Source of the DNA: Eledone cirrhosa
Lineage: Eukaryota
Assembly (NCBI GenBank): GCA_964016885.1
Contig: OZ024754.1
Span: forward strand, 42,904,001-42,968,000
DNA length: 64,000 nt
Reading direction: 5' to 3'
Positions 27,259 through 40,673 of this stretch are shown one piece after another; position 1 is the first letter of the stretch, and every line of letters starts with the position of its first letter. Position numbers and translations under genes: made by a program. The notes below the pieces were generated by a model. That model saw only the letters and a list, made by a program, of their open reading frames with translations, made no database searches and was not told where the DNA came from.

Positions 27259-27441
27259 AACTGTTTCTACTTTAGGCACAAGGCCAGCAATTACCCCAGT
27301 GCATTACTGGTACTTTATTTTATCGACCCCGTAAGGATGAAAGGCAAAGTCAACCTCGGCGGGATTTGAACTCAGACCGTAAAGGGACGTAACTATGCTG
27401 GAAAGCATGGCGTCCGACCCTCTAGCGATACTGCCAATCCA
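27259..27441 (-). mobile_element. SINE S1, inverted relative to the 26755 copy
   Basis: Reverse complement of the S1 consensus (TGTTTCTACTTTAGGCACAAGGCC...CGATACTGCCAATCCA). Confidence 0.85.
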
Positions 27442-28174
27442 ACTAATGACTGCGTAGAAATAAGAATTGTTTAAACAACAGAGTTTAAAGAGCAAAGATC
27501 AAGTCCAGTCCATAAGTTGACATTGTCAAGCCATCGTTGTAGCTGCCGGTCTGTGCTTTACGGGGTTGATATAATAAAGTACCAGCAACGCACGGGGGGT
27601 CGATTTACTCAACCCCCCGTCCCCCCACACACCTTCAAATTTCAGGCCTTGTGCCTAATGTAGAAACTATAAATATTACTACTAATATAACTATTAATAT
27701 TGCTACTAATATTACTACTAATATAACTATTAATATTACTATAACTACTAATATAACTACTAATATTACTATTAATATTAGTAGTTATATTAGTAGCTAT
27801 AGTAATATTACTAGTTATATTAGTAGTTATAGTAATATTACTAGTTATATTAATAGTTATAGTAATATTACTATTAATATTACTATAACTACTAATATTA
27901 CTATTAATATTACTATAACTACTAATATTACTACTAATATAACTATTATTATCTCCCCCACCACAAAAGGAATAGAATGTTATGTTCCGATGGTTTAGGA
28001 TGTGTGGGGAGTGAGGGCTAACACAGATTCTATGATATATATGACACCAATCATCATCATCAGCATTATCATCATCGTCGGCGTTATCATCATCATCATC
28101 AACATCGTCATCTGTCAACAAATAATATAGAAGTGTGTATATGTGTGTGTCTGTGTGTGTGTGTCTGTGTGTGT

Positions 28175-28251
<77 letters not shown>

Positions 28252-28406
28252 TGTGTCTCTGTGTGTGTGTGTGTGTGTATGTGTGTTTAGTGTATGTTAC
28301 TACTTCCGTACGGATGTAACAACAACAGACTCGAGATTATCCGTCACTGAGCAGTGAACACTTTGGTAGTTTAATCGGAAAATACAGTCGAAACACACTG
28401 TTAACA

Positions 28407-28460
<54 letters not shown>

Positions 28461-28653
28461 ACACACAGACACACACACACACAGACAGACACACGCACTA
28501 AGTCTTCCCTCATGAAAGTATACAATATATATATGTATGTGCTTACATATAAACGTAACATCCTACTCCATAAGCAAACACGGACACACAGACAGACAGA
28601 CATACATAGAGACACACACACAGACACACACACACATACACACACACACACAC

Positions 28654-28734
<81 letters not shown>

Positions 28735-29580
28735 TGTGTGTCCTCATGCATAGAGTACTACCCTGATTTGTTCTCCTTGCCACAACACCCTCACCAACAC
28801 CACCACCGTCACCAACACCACCACCTGACCCACCAACACCACCAACAGCACCACCCTCACCAACAGCACCACCCTCACCAACACCACCAACACCACCAAC
28901 ACCACCACCCTCACCAACACCACCAACACCACCAACACCACCACCCTCACCAACACCACCAACACCACCAACACCACCAACACCACCAACACCACCACCC
29001 GACCCACCAACACCACCACCCTCACCAACACCACCACCCGACCCACCAACACTAACAGCAACAACAACACCACGGACAACTACAAAACCAACAGCTCTCC
29101 CCCAACAAACACCAATAGCACCACACCACCACCCTCACCACACCACCACCACCCCACCCCACCCAGCATCCCCGACACCGCCACCAATTTACTCCTGCCT
29201 CCATTTCTTGTAACCAGACACCATTTAAAGGAAATTAAAAGAGTCAAAGACGAAGGTGAAAGATTCACCCGCATTCTACCAATTTCTAGCAATTTCTGAC
29301 AATTTCTGACAATTTCTGACAATTTCATTTCAGTAAATATTGAGACTATTTTTTCTTTTAAATCTAATTCTAATTCTTTATATAGAAGTGGTGGCTTTCA
29401 TCCCTTTTTACTTTTACTTTCTGTTAGTGTGTGAGCGGATGTGTGAGGGTATATGTGAGGGTGAGTGAGTGTGTGTATGTGTGTGTGTATGTGTGTGTGT
29501 GTGTGTATGTGTGTGTGCGTGTGTACATATATATAGTTATATTGCTGTTGTATTACTATATATATACATATATAGTAATA

Positions 29581-29698
29581 TTCTGAGTTTAAATCCCGCC
29601 GAGGTTTACTTTGCCTTTCATCCTTACGCGGTCGATAAAATAAAGTACCAGTAATGCACTGGGTAATTGCTGGCCTTGTGCCAAAAGTAGAAACAATT
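29581..29698 (+). mobile_element. 5'-truncated SINE S1
   Basis: TTCTGAGTTTAAATCCCGCCGAGG...GTAGAAACAATT. Confidence 0.85.
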
Positions 29699-29771
29699 AC
29701 TATATATATACACATATATATATGTATGTAAAAAGTAAACAGAAATAACAACGCAATCGGTACAGTATATG

Positions 29772-29818
<47 letters not shown>

Positions 29819-29896
29819 AAAGTGAGGTTTTTTTTTACAAAATGAAAAATAACCGGTGTCCTACACGAGTGAAAGTATAAAGAAAAAAAGATGAGT

Positions 29897-30158
29897 TCTC
29901 CACATACCAGAAACTACACTACACCACCACCTCCACCACCACCACCACTGTCACCTGTAATGTTGTTATTCTACCACAACCACCCATTCTATTCTATTCT
30001 ACCCACTCCACTCTCCATATAGGTTAAACGTTAAGACAATCCACCTGGTATCTCTAATACGTGGTTATACAACCTCCTAGGAACAACAGCCTAATCCTAC
30101 ATTTGTCCCTGTAAATAGTTATTTCTCCAAAGATATTCCTACATTTACACGTATATGC
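29897..30158 (+). mobile_element. Internal fragment of the H7 element (inverse copy of ~34436-34678)
   Basis: CTCCACATACCAGAAACTACACTACACC...ACATTTACACGTATATGC is the near-exact reverse complement of 34436-34678. Confidence 0.85.
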
Positions 30159-30169
30159 TGAAAACAAGA

Positions 30170-30471
30170 TGAGTTCAAATCCCGCCGAGGTTAACTTTGC
30201 CTTTCATCCTTACGGGGTCGATAAAATAAAGTACCAGTAATGTACTGGGATAATCACTGGCCTTGTGCCAAAAGTAGAAATAATTATTTAGAGAAGGTAG
30301 TGGATTGGCAGTATCGGTAGAGGGTCAGACGCCATGCTTTGTGGCATAGAGTTACGCCCCTTTATGGTCTGAGTTCAAATCTTTGCTCTCCATCCTTACG
30401 GGGTCGATAAAATAAAGTCCCAGTAATACACTGGAATAATTGCTGGCCTTGTGCCAAACGTAGAAACAATT
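30170..30471 (+). mobile_element. Tandem SINE S1 pair (truncated 30170-30287, near full-length 30301-30471)
   Basis: Two S1 bodies separated by about 12 bp. Confidence 0.85.
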
Positions 30472-32027
30472 CTTATGAACCATTGTGTGATAAAGTATGA
30501 CAACGAAATCATCTCTTATTGAATTTATCGTTGTTGTTGTTGTCGTTGTCGTTGTCATTGTTGTTAATGTCGTTGTTATTGTCGTCGTTGACGTTGTTGT
30601 TGTTATTATTGCTGTTGTTGTTATTGCTGTTGTTGTTGTTGTCGTTGTTATTGTTGTTAGTAATAGTCTTATACTAGTTTAGTATTGTTTTTGTTGTTTT
30701 CAATAATGTCATCACTATTATGTTGTTGTTGTTATCCGCATCATTACTGTTTGTTGTTGTTGCTGCTGTTGTTGTTGTTAAGTGTCATCCATTTTTTTGT
30801 TATTTTCACAATTACGTTGCTGTTGTTGTTGTTGTTGTTATATTTTTTTGTTATTATTATGATAGTTGTTATTTTTGTTGTTAGTCATATCATTGTTCTG
30901 TTGATTTATTATTGTAGTTGTTATTGTTGTTGTTATTGTTGTTGTTATTGTTGTTGTTATTGTTGTTATTGTTGTTGTTGTTGTTATTGTCGTTATTGTC
31001 GTTATTCTTGTTATTGTCGTTGTTATTGTCGTTATTGTCATTATTGTTGTTATTGTTGTTATTGTTGGTATTGTTGTTGTTGTTAACCATACTATTTTGT
31101 TATTGTTTTAATAGTTGTTATCCCTGTTTCATTTTTTTTTTTACAGTTGCAGTGTTATTGTTTTTGTTTAGAAATGTCCAGTCATACATCAATTATGGAA
31201 ACCACGATGCCATGGATTAAAAGAAAACAAGGATTATTTTCATTTTATCTTTAACACTTCCTCCTCTATGTGTAACAGTAGACGCTAGATGTGGGCGTGT
31301 TAAGGGAACAGCACCCCTTAAAAACAGAACATAGCAGCAGTAAGGTACAACAAAACATCAGGCGAGAGATAAGGGTGAGATTTCTAAACTGAAATATAAT
31401 AGTTCCTGTTTATATCGGTTTTGTTCAATATTAAAGCCACCATGTTCTCATTCCAGGTTTCCGAAACTTGGAATAATTTGGGTTTTTTAATAGTTTTTTA
31501 GTGTTTATATTTTTTTAAAATTATTTTTTTAGTGTTTATTTTTTAAAGTATTTTAGTTATTTTTTAAAATAGATTTTTAGTGATTATTTTTTTAGTTTTT
31601 TAGTGTTTATTTTGTTAGTTTTCTTTTAGTTTTTAATAGCTTCTTGTTTTATATTTTGTTCATAAATTTAAGAGTGAAATATAAATGTTTGTATATTATG
31701 GATGTCAAATTCCTCATCGTGGTTGTCATCAGGTTTATAACCATTGTCGTCGTTGTGATTGTCACCATCGTTACATCTACATACAACCACTACCGCCATT
31801 ATTACCGTCATCACCATCGCCCAACCAACCATCCTCCCATCCAACCAACCAACCAACCATCCATCTAACCATCCAGTGGACATTTATTGTACCTATACCA
31901 TTGACATGAACATGGTGACATTCTAGAAACAAAGAGGGAGACAACCTCATCCGGACATGATTGATACATCATTAGCGTGACCACACCATAGTGAAATACA
32001 CCTACACACACACATGCACACACACAC

Positions 32028-32073
<46 letters not shown>

Positions 32074-32200
32074 ATGTACACACACATACACATGTACACA
32101 CACACCTACACACACACACATACACACACATACGCACACACACACATATATACATACATCATTATCATCACTACACCACAATGACAAATCAACCACACAC

Positions 32201-32241
<41 letters not shown>

Positions 32242-32333
32242 TATCGTGACCGCACCATAATGAGAAGTAAATCACACACTCACACACACGTTATGGTACG
32301 TACACACACATCCACACACACACACGCGCACGC

Positions 32334-32434
<101 letters not shown>

Positions 32435-32847
32435 CACACCTCCACTTCTATTAATAATACTACCACTATCACCACTTCCATCGCCAGAACCACCACATCC
32501 ACCACCACCACCACCACCACCACTACACACAACAACAACAACAACAACAACAACGTTGACGATCTAAAAGATTCACTGCTAATGGTTCTGTAATAGAGAT
32601 ATGATATGGTGTTAACAGCCGACAACAGACGCCATCTTAAACATTGATACTTTGATAAGGACCTCACAATAAAGATGGCTGTAGCTAACGTTGTCTGGCA
32701 TGGAGCACATAATTGAAATCTGGATAAACCTATCCATTTATCTAATCTAATAGAATGCAATTTAACCATCTATCTTTCTATCTATCTAACTATAATAGCC
32801 TGTTTGCCAATCTATCTTTCTATCTAACTATAATAGCCTGTTTGCCA

Positions 32848-32971
<124 letters not shown>

Positions 32972-33506
32972 CTCTCTCTCTCTATCTATCGTGTGCATGT
33001 ATACATGTCTGTAATGGCTTCAAATTTTAAGACAATGCCAGTGAATGGTGGTAAGCGGGTGAGAAATTCGATTAAATCGATGCTAATATTTGATTGATAT
33101 TCTATTCGATCGAAAGATGGAAGGCAAAGTTGACCTCGGTGGGATTTGAACTCAGAAAGTAAAGTACGGAATAAAAACGGCAATAGTGTTGAACATATCG
33201 AATTTTTAGTGTCCAAGGAATACCCCCCCCCCCCCACATATATAATTATAAGTTTGAAGAACAGTCAGATAAAATTTACCCCAAATTTCTTCTTAGTCCG
33301 TAGAAATTAAGTAGATAAATAATCATTTAAACGGAGCTATGTTTAAAATGTAAGTTTGAAGAAATGGTAGATAAATGTTACCAAAAATTCCTCATATATT
33401 TGGCTGTTTGCTTGCAAACAAACTGAATATTAATAATATTATATTATTTTATATTATTATTATAATATTATTACTTTTCACTTACGAATATATATATATA
33501 TAAGTT

Positions 33507-33550
33507 TACAGGACTAGAACTGTTTCATTCGGGAGAAATCATCAGGAAGC

Positions 33551-33551
<1 letters not shown>
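33507..33551 (-). ncRNA. Hammerhead motif, family H1, intact core, homology ending at the cleavage site
   Basis: Minus strand GGCTTC-CTGATGA-TTTCTCCCGAAT-GAAACAGTTCTAGTCCTGTA, then unrelated AACTT where other copies have GAAGCC. Confidence 0.7.
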
Positions 33552-33592
<41 letters not shown>

Positions 33593-33632
33593 GATATTAA
33601 ATAAATGGAAACTATATTTATAAAACCATATT

Positions 33633-33698
33633 TATTTCATTATATATATTTCAGGGATATCATATTAACAATATGTTATGCCTTCTTCAGACAAAATA
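33633..33698 (-). ncRNA. Type I hammerhead motif (H6, left arm)
   Basis: Reverse complement of 33869-33934. Confidence 0.8.
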
Positions 33699-33868
33699 CA
33701 ATATAGACAGTTTTATAAATAAATAGATTTGACATACCTTTCAACATCGACTTGCATTTGAAAAGTTGATTTGGCAGTCAAATTTGGCACTGCCAAATCA
33801 ACTTCTCAAATGCAAGTCGATGTTGAAAGGTATGTCAAATCTATTTATTTATAAAACTGTCTATATTG

Positions 33869-33934
33869 TATTTTGTCTGAAGAAGGCATAACATATTGTT
33901 AATATGATATCCCTGAAATATATATAATGAAATA
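33869..33934 (+). ncRNA. Type I hammerhead motif (H6, right arm)
   Basis: TATTTTGT-CTGAAGA-AGGCATAACATATT GTT AATATGATATCCCT-GAA-ATATATAT-A-ATGAAATA(AA). Stem I has 8 bp with two G-U pairs; stem III is palindromic; AATAAA follows. Confidence 0.8.
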
Positions 33935-34063
33935 AATATGGTTTTATAAATATAGTTTCCATTTATTTAATATCGTAAATATACTCCAAATACTTGTTGA
34001 GTGCTTTTATATCAGTTATAAATATTTACTTGTTGTAACCCAACAATTTAAATATAACTTTCC

Positions 34064-34133
<70 letters not shown>

Positions 34134-34134
34134 A

Positions 34135-34680
34135 AAAAGTAAACAGAAATAACAACACAATCGGTACAGTATATGGAAGGGATATATTAGGTTAACGCTT
34201 GATATAGCAGGAAGATGGTCTTAACGTTTCGGACGCTAGTCCTTCATCAGAAGAAAGAATGAGAAATAAGGTAGATTGAGAGGATGGGCATATATATATC
34301 GGAAATTAACGTCTTGATAAATTAATAGATTACAAAAGAGAAACCCTACAGGTTAGGTTGATTACTGTCACATGGAAGTGATAAAAGCTGCAATTTAATA
34401 ATTTATTTCTAGGATATAATTACATAAATGTTAGCGCATATACGTGTAAATGTAGGAATATCTTTGGAGAAATAACTATTTACAGGGACAAATGTAGGAT
34501 TAGGCTGTTGTTCCTAGGAGGTTGTATAACCACGTATTAGAGATGCCAGGTGGATTGTCTTAACGTTTAACCTATATGGAGAGTGGAGTGGGTAGGGTGG
34601 GTGGTTGTGCTAAAATAACAACATTACAGGTGACAGTGGTGGTGGTGGAGGTGTAGTGTAGTTTCTGGTATGTGGAGTTC
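34135..34680 (-). mobile_element. PLE-like element remnant H7 containing a canonical minimal hammerhead
   Basis: Segment 34135-34175 is duplicated at 29731-29771 and 34436-34678 is duplicated inverted at 29897-30158. A second half-motif, AAACGTTAAGAC, lies at ~34557-34568. Confidence 0.65.
34219..34254 (-). ncRNA. Canonical Penelope-type minimal hammerhead
   Basis: Minus strand: TCTT-CTGATGA-A-GGAC TAGC GTCC-GAA-ACGT-T-AAGA. Confidence 0.9.
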
Positions 34681-35313
34681 GATTAGGGTTTGGAATATGG
34701 TGTGTAAGGTGGTGTTGGTGGTGGAGGCGGAGGTGGGTTTGTAAGGATCTTGATTCTGAACTGGTTTGAGTGTGTGGTGTGGTGGGTATGTATAAAGTTT
34801 GTCTTTGGGGTGGTGTAGAGGTGTGTGTGTGTGTAGGGGCTGGTGTGGAGGGGTGTATGTGTAGGGGTCTGATGTGGGGGTGGGGTTTGTATAAGGGTTT
34901 GGTGTGGAGGTGGGGTCTGTTGCCGGATGACGCAGATTGGTGTAGTGTTACTGTTTAGCTGAGGCTGTACAAATGGACAGGATAATGTAAACATTTACAC
35001 GGTTTGCTGCAGTTATCATCATCATCAACATCATCATCATCATCGACATCAACAACAGCATATTGTCACCAACATCATCATCATCAACAGTAACAACACT
35101 ACTCCTACCACCACCACAAACACCTATACCACCACCACCACCAACAACAACAACACAATTACCACCGACAATATCATCAACATCAGCTCCACCCTGCACT
35201 AATAACAACAACAACAACAACAACAACAACACCACCACCACCACCATTCCACCAACACTACCATTAGTACTGACAACGACGATAAAAATAACAATAACAT
35301 CGACAGCACTGCC

Positions 35314-35344
<31 letters not shown>

Positions 35345-35345
35345 G

Positions 35346-35372
<27 letters not shown>

Positions 35373-35376
<4 letters not shown>

Positions 35377-35479
35377 GAAGGATTCAGGACCCCGACGGCT
35401 GAGCTCCTGCCATTTCAACAGCTGATCTAGCTGTTGAAACAGCAGAAGCTCAGCCGTCGGGGTCCCGAATCCTTCATAT
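35373..35479. mobile_element. ~50-bp-arm palindrome next to (TA)n, related to family H8 (hammerhead 3' half)
   Basis: ATATGAAGGATTCAGGACCCCGACGGCTGAGCT...TTTCAACAGCT-GATCT-AGCTGTTGAAA...AGCTCAGCCGTCGGGGTCCCGAATCCTTCATAT. Confidence 0.8.
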
Positions 35480-35715
35480 TACCCACTCTACTATTCCAAG
35501 TATCGAGTACTCTCGAACCTTTGTTAAATTATCTTCCAAACACTAGCTTTATACTTGTTTCTATCTTTAGCATAGGACCTGCAATTTGGGGGAAGGAGAA
35601 ATCGATTATATCCGCCCCAAGTGTTAACTGGTACTTTATTCTATCGAGCCTGGAAGGATTTGAACTCAAAGTGTAGAAAGTCGGAACTAAATACAGCAAA
35701 ACCACGAGTTTAAAT

Positions 35716-35900
35716 AATTGTTTCTGATTTAGGCACATGGCCAACGATTTTAGGGGAGGGGAAAGTCGATTAATCGACCCTAATGCAATACTGGTACTTT
35801 ATTTTATCGACCCCTTAATGATGAAAGGGTGAGATTTAAAATCAGAACGTAAAGGGCCGTAACTCTATGCCGCGAAGCACGGTGTCCGGCGTTCTATCGC
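35716..35900 (-). mobile_element. SINE S1 (a more diverged copy lies at ~35553-35690)
   Basis: CTGGTACTTTATTTTATCGACCCC...GATGAAAGG...AGGGCCGTAACTCTATGC. Confidence 0.75.
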
Positions 35901-36512
35901 TTAATAATGATAAAGTTAGTTATATTATTAAATCTATTCAAATACTTGATTATTTAAAAAATTATTTCAAACAGATTAGTAAAGTAATTCATTAGAAATA
36001 TAGTTAGGAAAATGGCGACCATTCGTGCGACAGATGGAGATCTTTCAGTATTCTGCTACATACAGGTTTACCATTTCCGTCTTACATGTGTTTTGTAATC
36101 TAGTTACACGGACGAGCTAAGAAAGTCAATTTCCTCAAAAGCTTTAGCAATCTTGTATAAAAGACATCCATTCAGTGATGGTTAGGAGTCAGTTAGTCAT
36201 CTTTGGATATCTTTATTCATTCTGGTAAATAACAGCTAAAGAAAGAAAGAAAGAAAGAAGGAAGGAAGGAAAGAAAGAAAGGTAGGAAAAGAAAGGAAAG
36301 GTTTAAAAGGAAAGGGAAAAGAAATAAGAAAAAATATCTAAAACTAAAATGTAGAAAGAATTGTAAATTATAAAGTTACTATATTGATTACGGTTTGTTT
36401 GTGTTGTGTGTGAATACAGGTTCCTTACAACAACCACAGTCACCATTAACGCTATCACATTCACGTGACAACAACCGATAAAACATACATACACATACAT
36501 ACGTGGGCATAT

Positions 36513-36549
<37 letters not shown>

Positions 36550-37405
36550 AACCACCGATAAAACATACACACATACGTGCGCACAAACACGCACACATAC
36601 ATGAGTTCATACACACACACACGTGACAACAACCGATAAAACATACACACACACACACGTACATACATACATACGTGCGCACATACGCACACACAAACAC
36701 ATGCGCACGCGCACGCACACACATACGTGCGCACATATACACACACACATATGTGCGCACATACACATACATAGATGTGCACATACACACAAACACAGAC
36801 ACACAGACAGGCACACACATAAACACAGACATACACACACACACAAACACACACATAAACACACACATACACCAACAGAATCTGGCAAAATCATGTATTT
36901 TTGTTGCTTTTTTTTCACTTTAAATTCCATGTCATATTTTATGTATATATTTCCACGATTATTTGATTTGTCTGTTTAGTTTGGGTGGAGGAAGGAAGGG
37001 GGGGGGGGGGTTATTTCCCCGCCCCCCTCTTCTTCCTTCCCCCTGCCTTTTCCCGTCCCTCCTTCACACCCACCATCCTTTCTTTACTGGTAGGGGTCAC
37101 CGTTGCTATAGTTTCCATAATCTTCGAGGATCAAATATTGTAGTCGGATCAAAAATTCAGTTTCGCTTTCCTCTCCATATTGCACCGGCCTCTTTACGTG
37201 TTGAAGCAGCGAAAGTAGTAGGCGGTGTAATATGATATAAATAGCCCTCGGAATAATTACCCGAATCGGTCGAGCTATCACGAAGTCAGTTTGATATTTC
37301 ATCCCATGTTTTATTGCTGATAAGAAAATGAGAAAGCTATAGTGAAAGCGAAAGTGAAAGTAAAAGGCATAGACACACAGACGGATTACGGCTAGGCAAG
37401 TACAT

Positions 37406-37498
<93 letters not shown>

Positions 37499-37631
37499 TA
37501 TCATACATATACACATGTATATCATACACACACATATATACACACACGGGCCACTATCTCTAATATAATACATACTTACACACACATATAGACACACACA
37601 GACGGATTATGGTTGGGCAATTACATAAACT

Positions 37632-37699
<68 letters not shown>

Positions 37700-37853
37700 C
37701 ACACATACACACATGGACATGCATGTATATCATACACACGCATACACACACGGGGGCCACTATCTCTAATATAATACGTACATACACACAAAAACACAGA
37801 CACACACACAGACAGACACACACGCACGCACACACATACACATGAATGTATAG

Positions 37854-37895
<42 letters not shown>

Positions 37896-38023
37896 TTCAG
37901 AGAAAGAGGAGGTGGGTGAGATTGGTAATAATAATAGATAGATAGATAGATAGATAGAGCGAGAGAGAAAAAGGAGAATGACAAAGAAAAGAAATAGAAA
38001 GTATACACGCATCTCTCTCGCTG

Positions 38024-38069
<46 letters not shown>

Positions 38070-38227
38070 ATGTATATATATATATATATACATATATACA
38101 TATATACATATACATATATACATATACATAAATACATATATATATATACATATACATATATACATAAATACATATATATATATATATATATATACATATA
38201 TACATAAACACACATATATACATATAT

Positions 38228-38338
<111 letters not shown>

Positions 38339-38789
38339 CGGGGGAGAGTGGAGAATGGGGAAGAAATGGAGAGGGGGTGAGATGGTGAGGAATTTGAGGC
38401 GAGAGTGAAGTGTTGTTAACGAAACGAAACAGGAAAGTGATAACTGATATTGTGGATTCACCGTTAAATACAATTCTATCAGGTTATATCATCTGCCAGA
38501 GTCGTTGAGAATCATGCTTTCATTACCAGATCCATTGTAGAGATTAATTACAGGGAATACTGACGATAATAGTTGTTATTTAGTCCTAAGGCAGCCGTCA
38601 TCCAGCAGATTTATGATCCATGGTGCTCCAGTCGGGGGGACATCCAGTGTCTCTCCGAGGCTTAAGGAACCCACGATTATATTTTCCTCGTGTATTCTTA
38701 TTGAAAAAGTCAGGGATGTGAATTAACGAGATTGGTTTCTCACACACAGAGAGAGTATGAGAGAGAGAGAGAGACACACACACATACAC

Positions 38790-38872
<83 letters not shown>

Positions 38873-39069
38873 CACAAACAGAGAGAGAGAGAGAGACACA
38901 CACACATACACATACATGCACACACATACAGAGAGACACATACACATACATGCACACACACACAGAGAGACACACACACATACAGAGAAAGAGAGAGAGA
39001 GAGAGAGAGACACACACACACACATACAGAGAGAGAGAGAGAGACACACACACACATACATACACACAC

Positions 39070-39166
<97 letters not shown>

Positions 39167-39203
39167 GAGAGAGCGAGACACACACACACACACATACACA
39201 CAC

Positions 39204-39239
<36 letters not shown>

Positions 39240-39249
39240 ACACACTCAC

Positions 39250-39282
<33 letters not shown>

Positions 39283-40084
39283 CACACACACAGATACAGA
39301 CACAGACACACACACACATAGATACATACATACACACACATACACACGCACGCACACACAGACAGACACACACGCACACAGACACACAGACATAGACACA
39401 CAGACACACAAACATAGACACACAGACACACAAACACACACATATTTTCGTTCAGACTCTTGCATGATGTTTTACGTATGCATGGTTAGGGTCGCTTCTA
39501 TCGTTGCTAAAGTAAGGGATACGAAGCTGGTTTCATCTAGTGTCATATTGAGTGTCTAATAGACATTCTTGAAAGTTCCATAGAAAATGTCTAGCTTTTG
39601 GGTTGAAAAGGAAGTTTTAGGTTTGGATAAACAAGCAATACATTTAATCAATCTCCATTTAAAGAATCGCTACGTTTCCTAATGATATAAACAGGCTCAG
39701 TATTGGCTTTTGAAGGAATACATAAGTGGCCACAGCATCGATGTTTACGGCAAACATGGCGGACTTCTGCTGTTTCCAATGATATAGATGGGAACAGCTC
39801 AGACTGTTAAAGGTAAACCCGATAGTTTCCAATACCATAGATGGGTGCAGCTCAGACTTTTAAAGGTAAACCCGACAGATTTCTCCAGTTTCCAATGACA
39901 TAAATGGGTGCAGCTCAGACTTTTAAAGGAAAACACTACGAACTCCTGCAGTTTCCATCCGAACTCTGAATACTGTAGAAATAATACCACTAAAATCAAC
40001 TCTGCACTAAGGTACAAAGACCCGTATTCAGTAATGCTGTGACGAGACATAATAGAAACAAGACTAATACTAATATATAATTTA

Positions 40085-40270
40085 AGCAAAAGACCAGTAA
40101 TTTTGGGGGATAGGAAACTCAATTACATCGACCCTAGTATTTAAATGGTACAAATTATCGACCTCAGAAACGATTAAAGGTAAAGTTGACCTCGGTGTGT
40201 TTTGAACTCGGAACTAAAAAAGCCGGAACTACATGCCACAAATTATTTTATCTAAAGCTCTAACGAATCT
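40085..40270 (-). mobile_element. Old, diverged SINE S1 (similar diverged copy ~33030-33165)
   Basis: ATCGACC...AAAGGTAAAGTTGACCTCGGTG...TTGAACTC. Confidence 0.6.
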
Positions 40271-40302
40271 TCTATTCCACCACCCGAAACGAGCTTTCTT
40301 CA

Positions 40303-40338
40303 AAATAAGGGTGTGTCTTATATTCCCCCAAAATACGG
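40303..40338 (-). mobile_element. Solo Tc1/mariner (pogo/Tc2-like) terminal repeat fragment
   Basis: GGTGTGTCTTATATTCCCCCAAAATACGG|TA resembles the CCGTATTT...TATAAGACGCACC termini with a TA target; a related fragment lies at 55689-55740. Confidence 0.45.
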
Positions 40339-40605
40339 TATTTATAGCAGGATGGGATGGCTAACGATAATTTCTTCTGGGCTTCCCTGCTACCCTCCTA
40401 CCCAACCCTGACCACCATTGCTAACGAATGAACAGTTGCGGTTTAATCTCGTTTTTCCCAAAGACATTTCCCGCGAAAAGCATTAGCAAGAAAACTGAAA
40501 CCTGACACTCCACTACAAGTGCTGCCACCTTTAATTCTTTGTCACACGACTCCTCTATATGACACACACACACATATTTATGTTCTTACACACACACATT
40601 TATGT

Positions 40606-40673
<68 letters not shown>

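Larger units (their letters stand above)
33590..33977. mobile_element. 189-bp near-perfect inverted repeat (10-bp spacer) with a hammerhead in each arm, family H6, flanked by (TA)n
   Basis: Arms 33590-33778 and 33789-33977 with one visible mismatch; the right arm continues about 90 bp to (TA)n. Confidence 0.92.
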
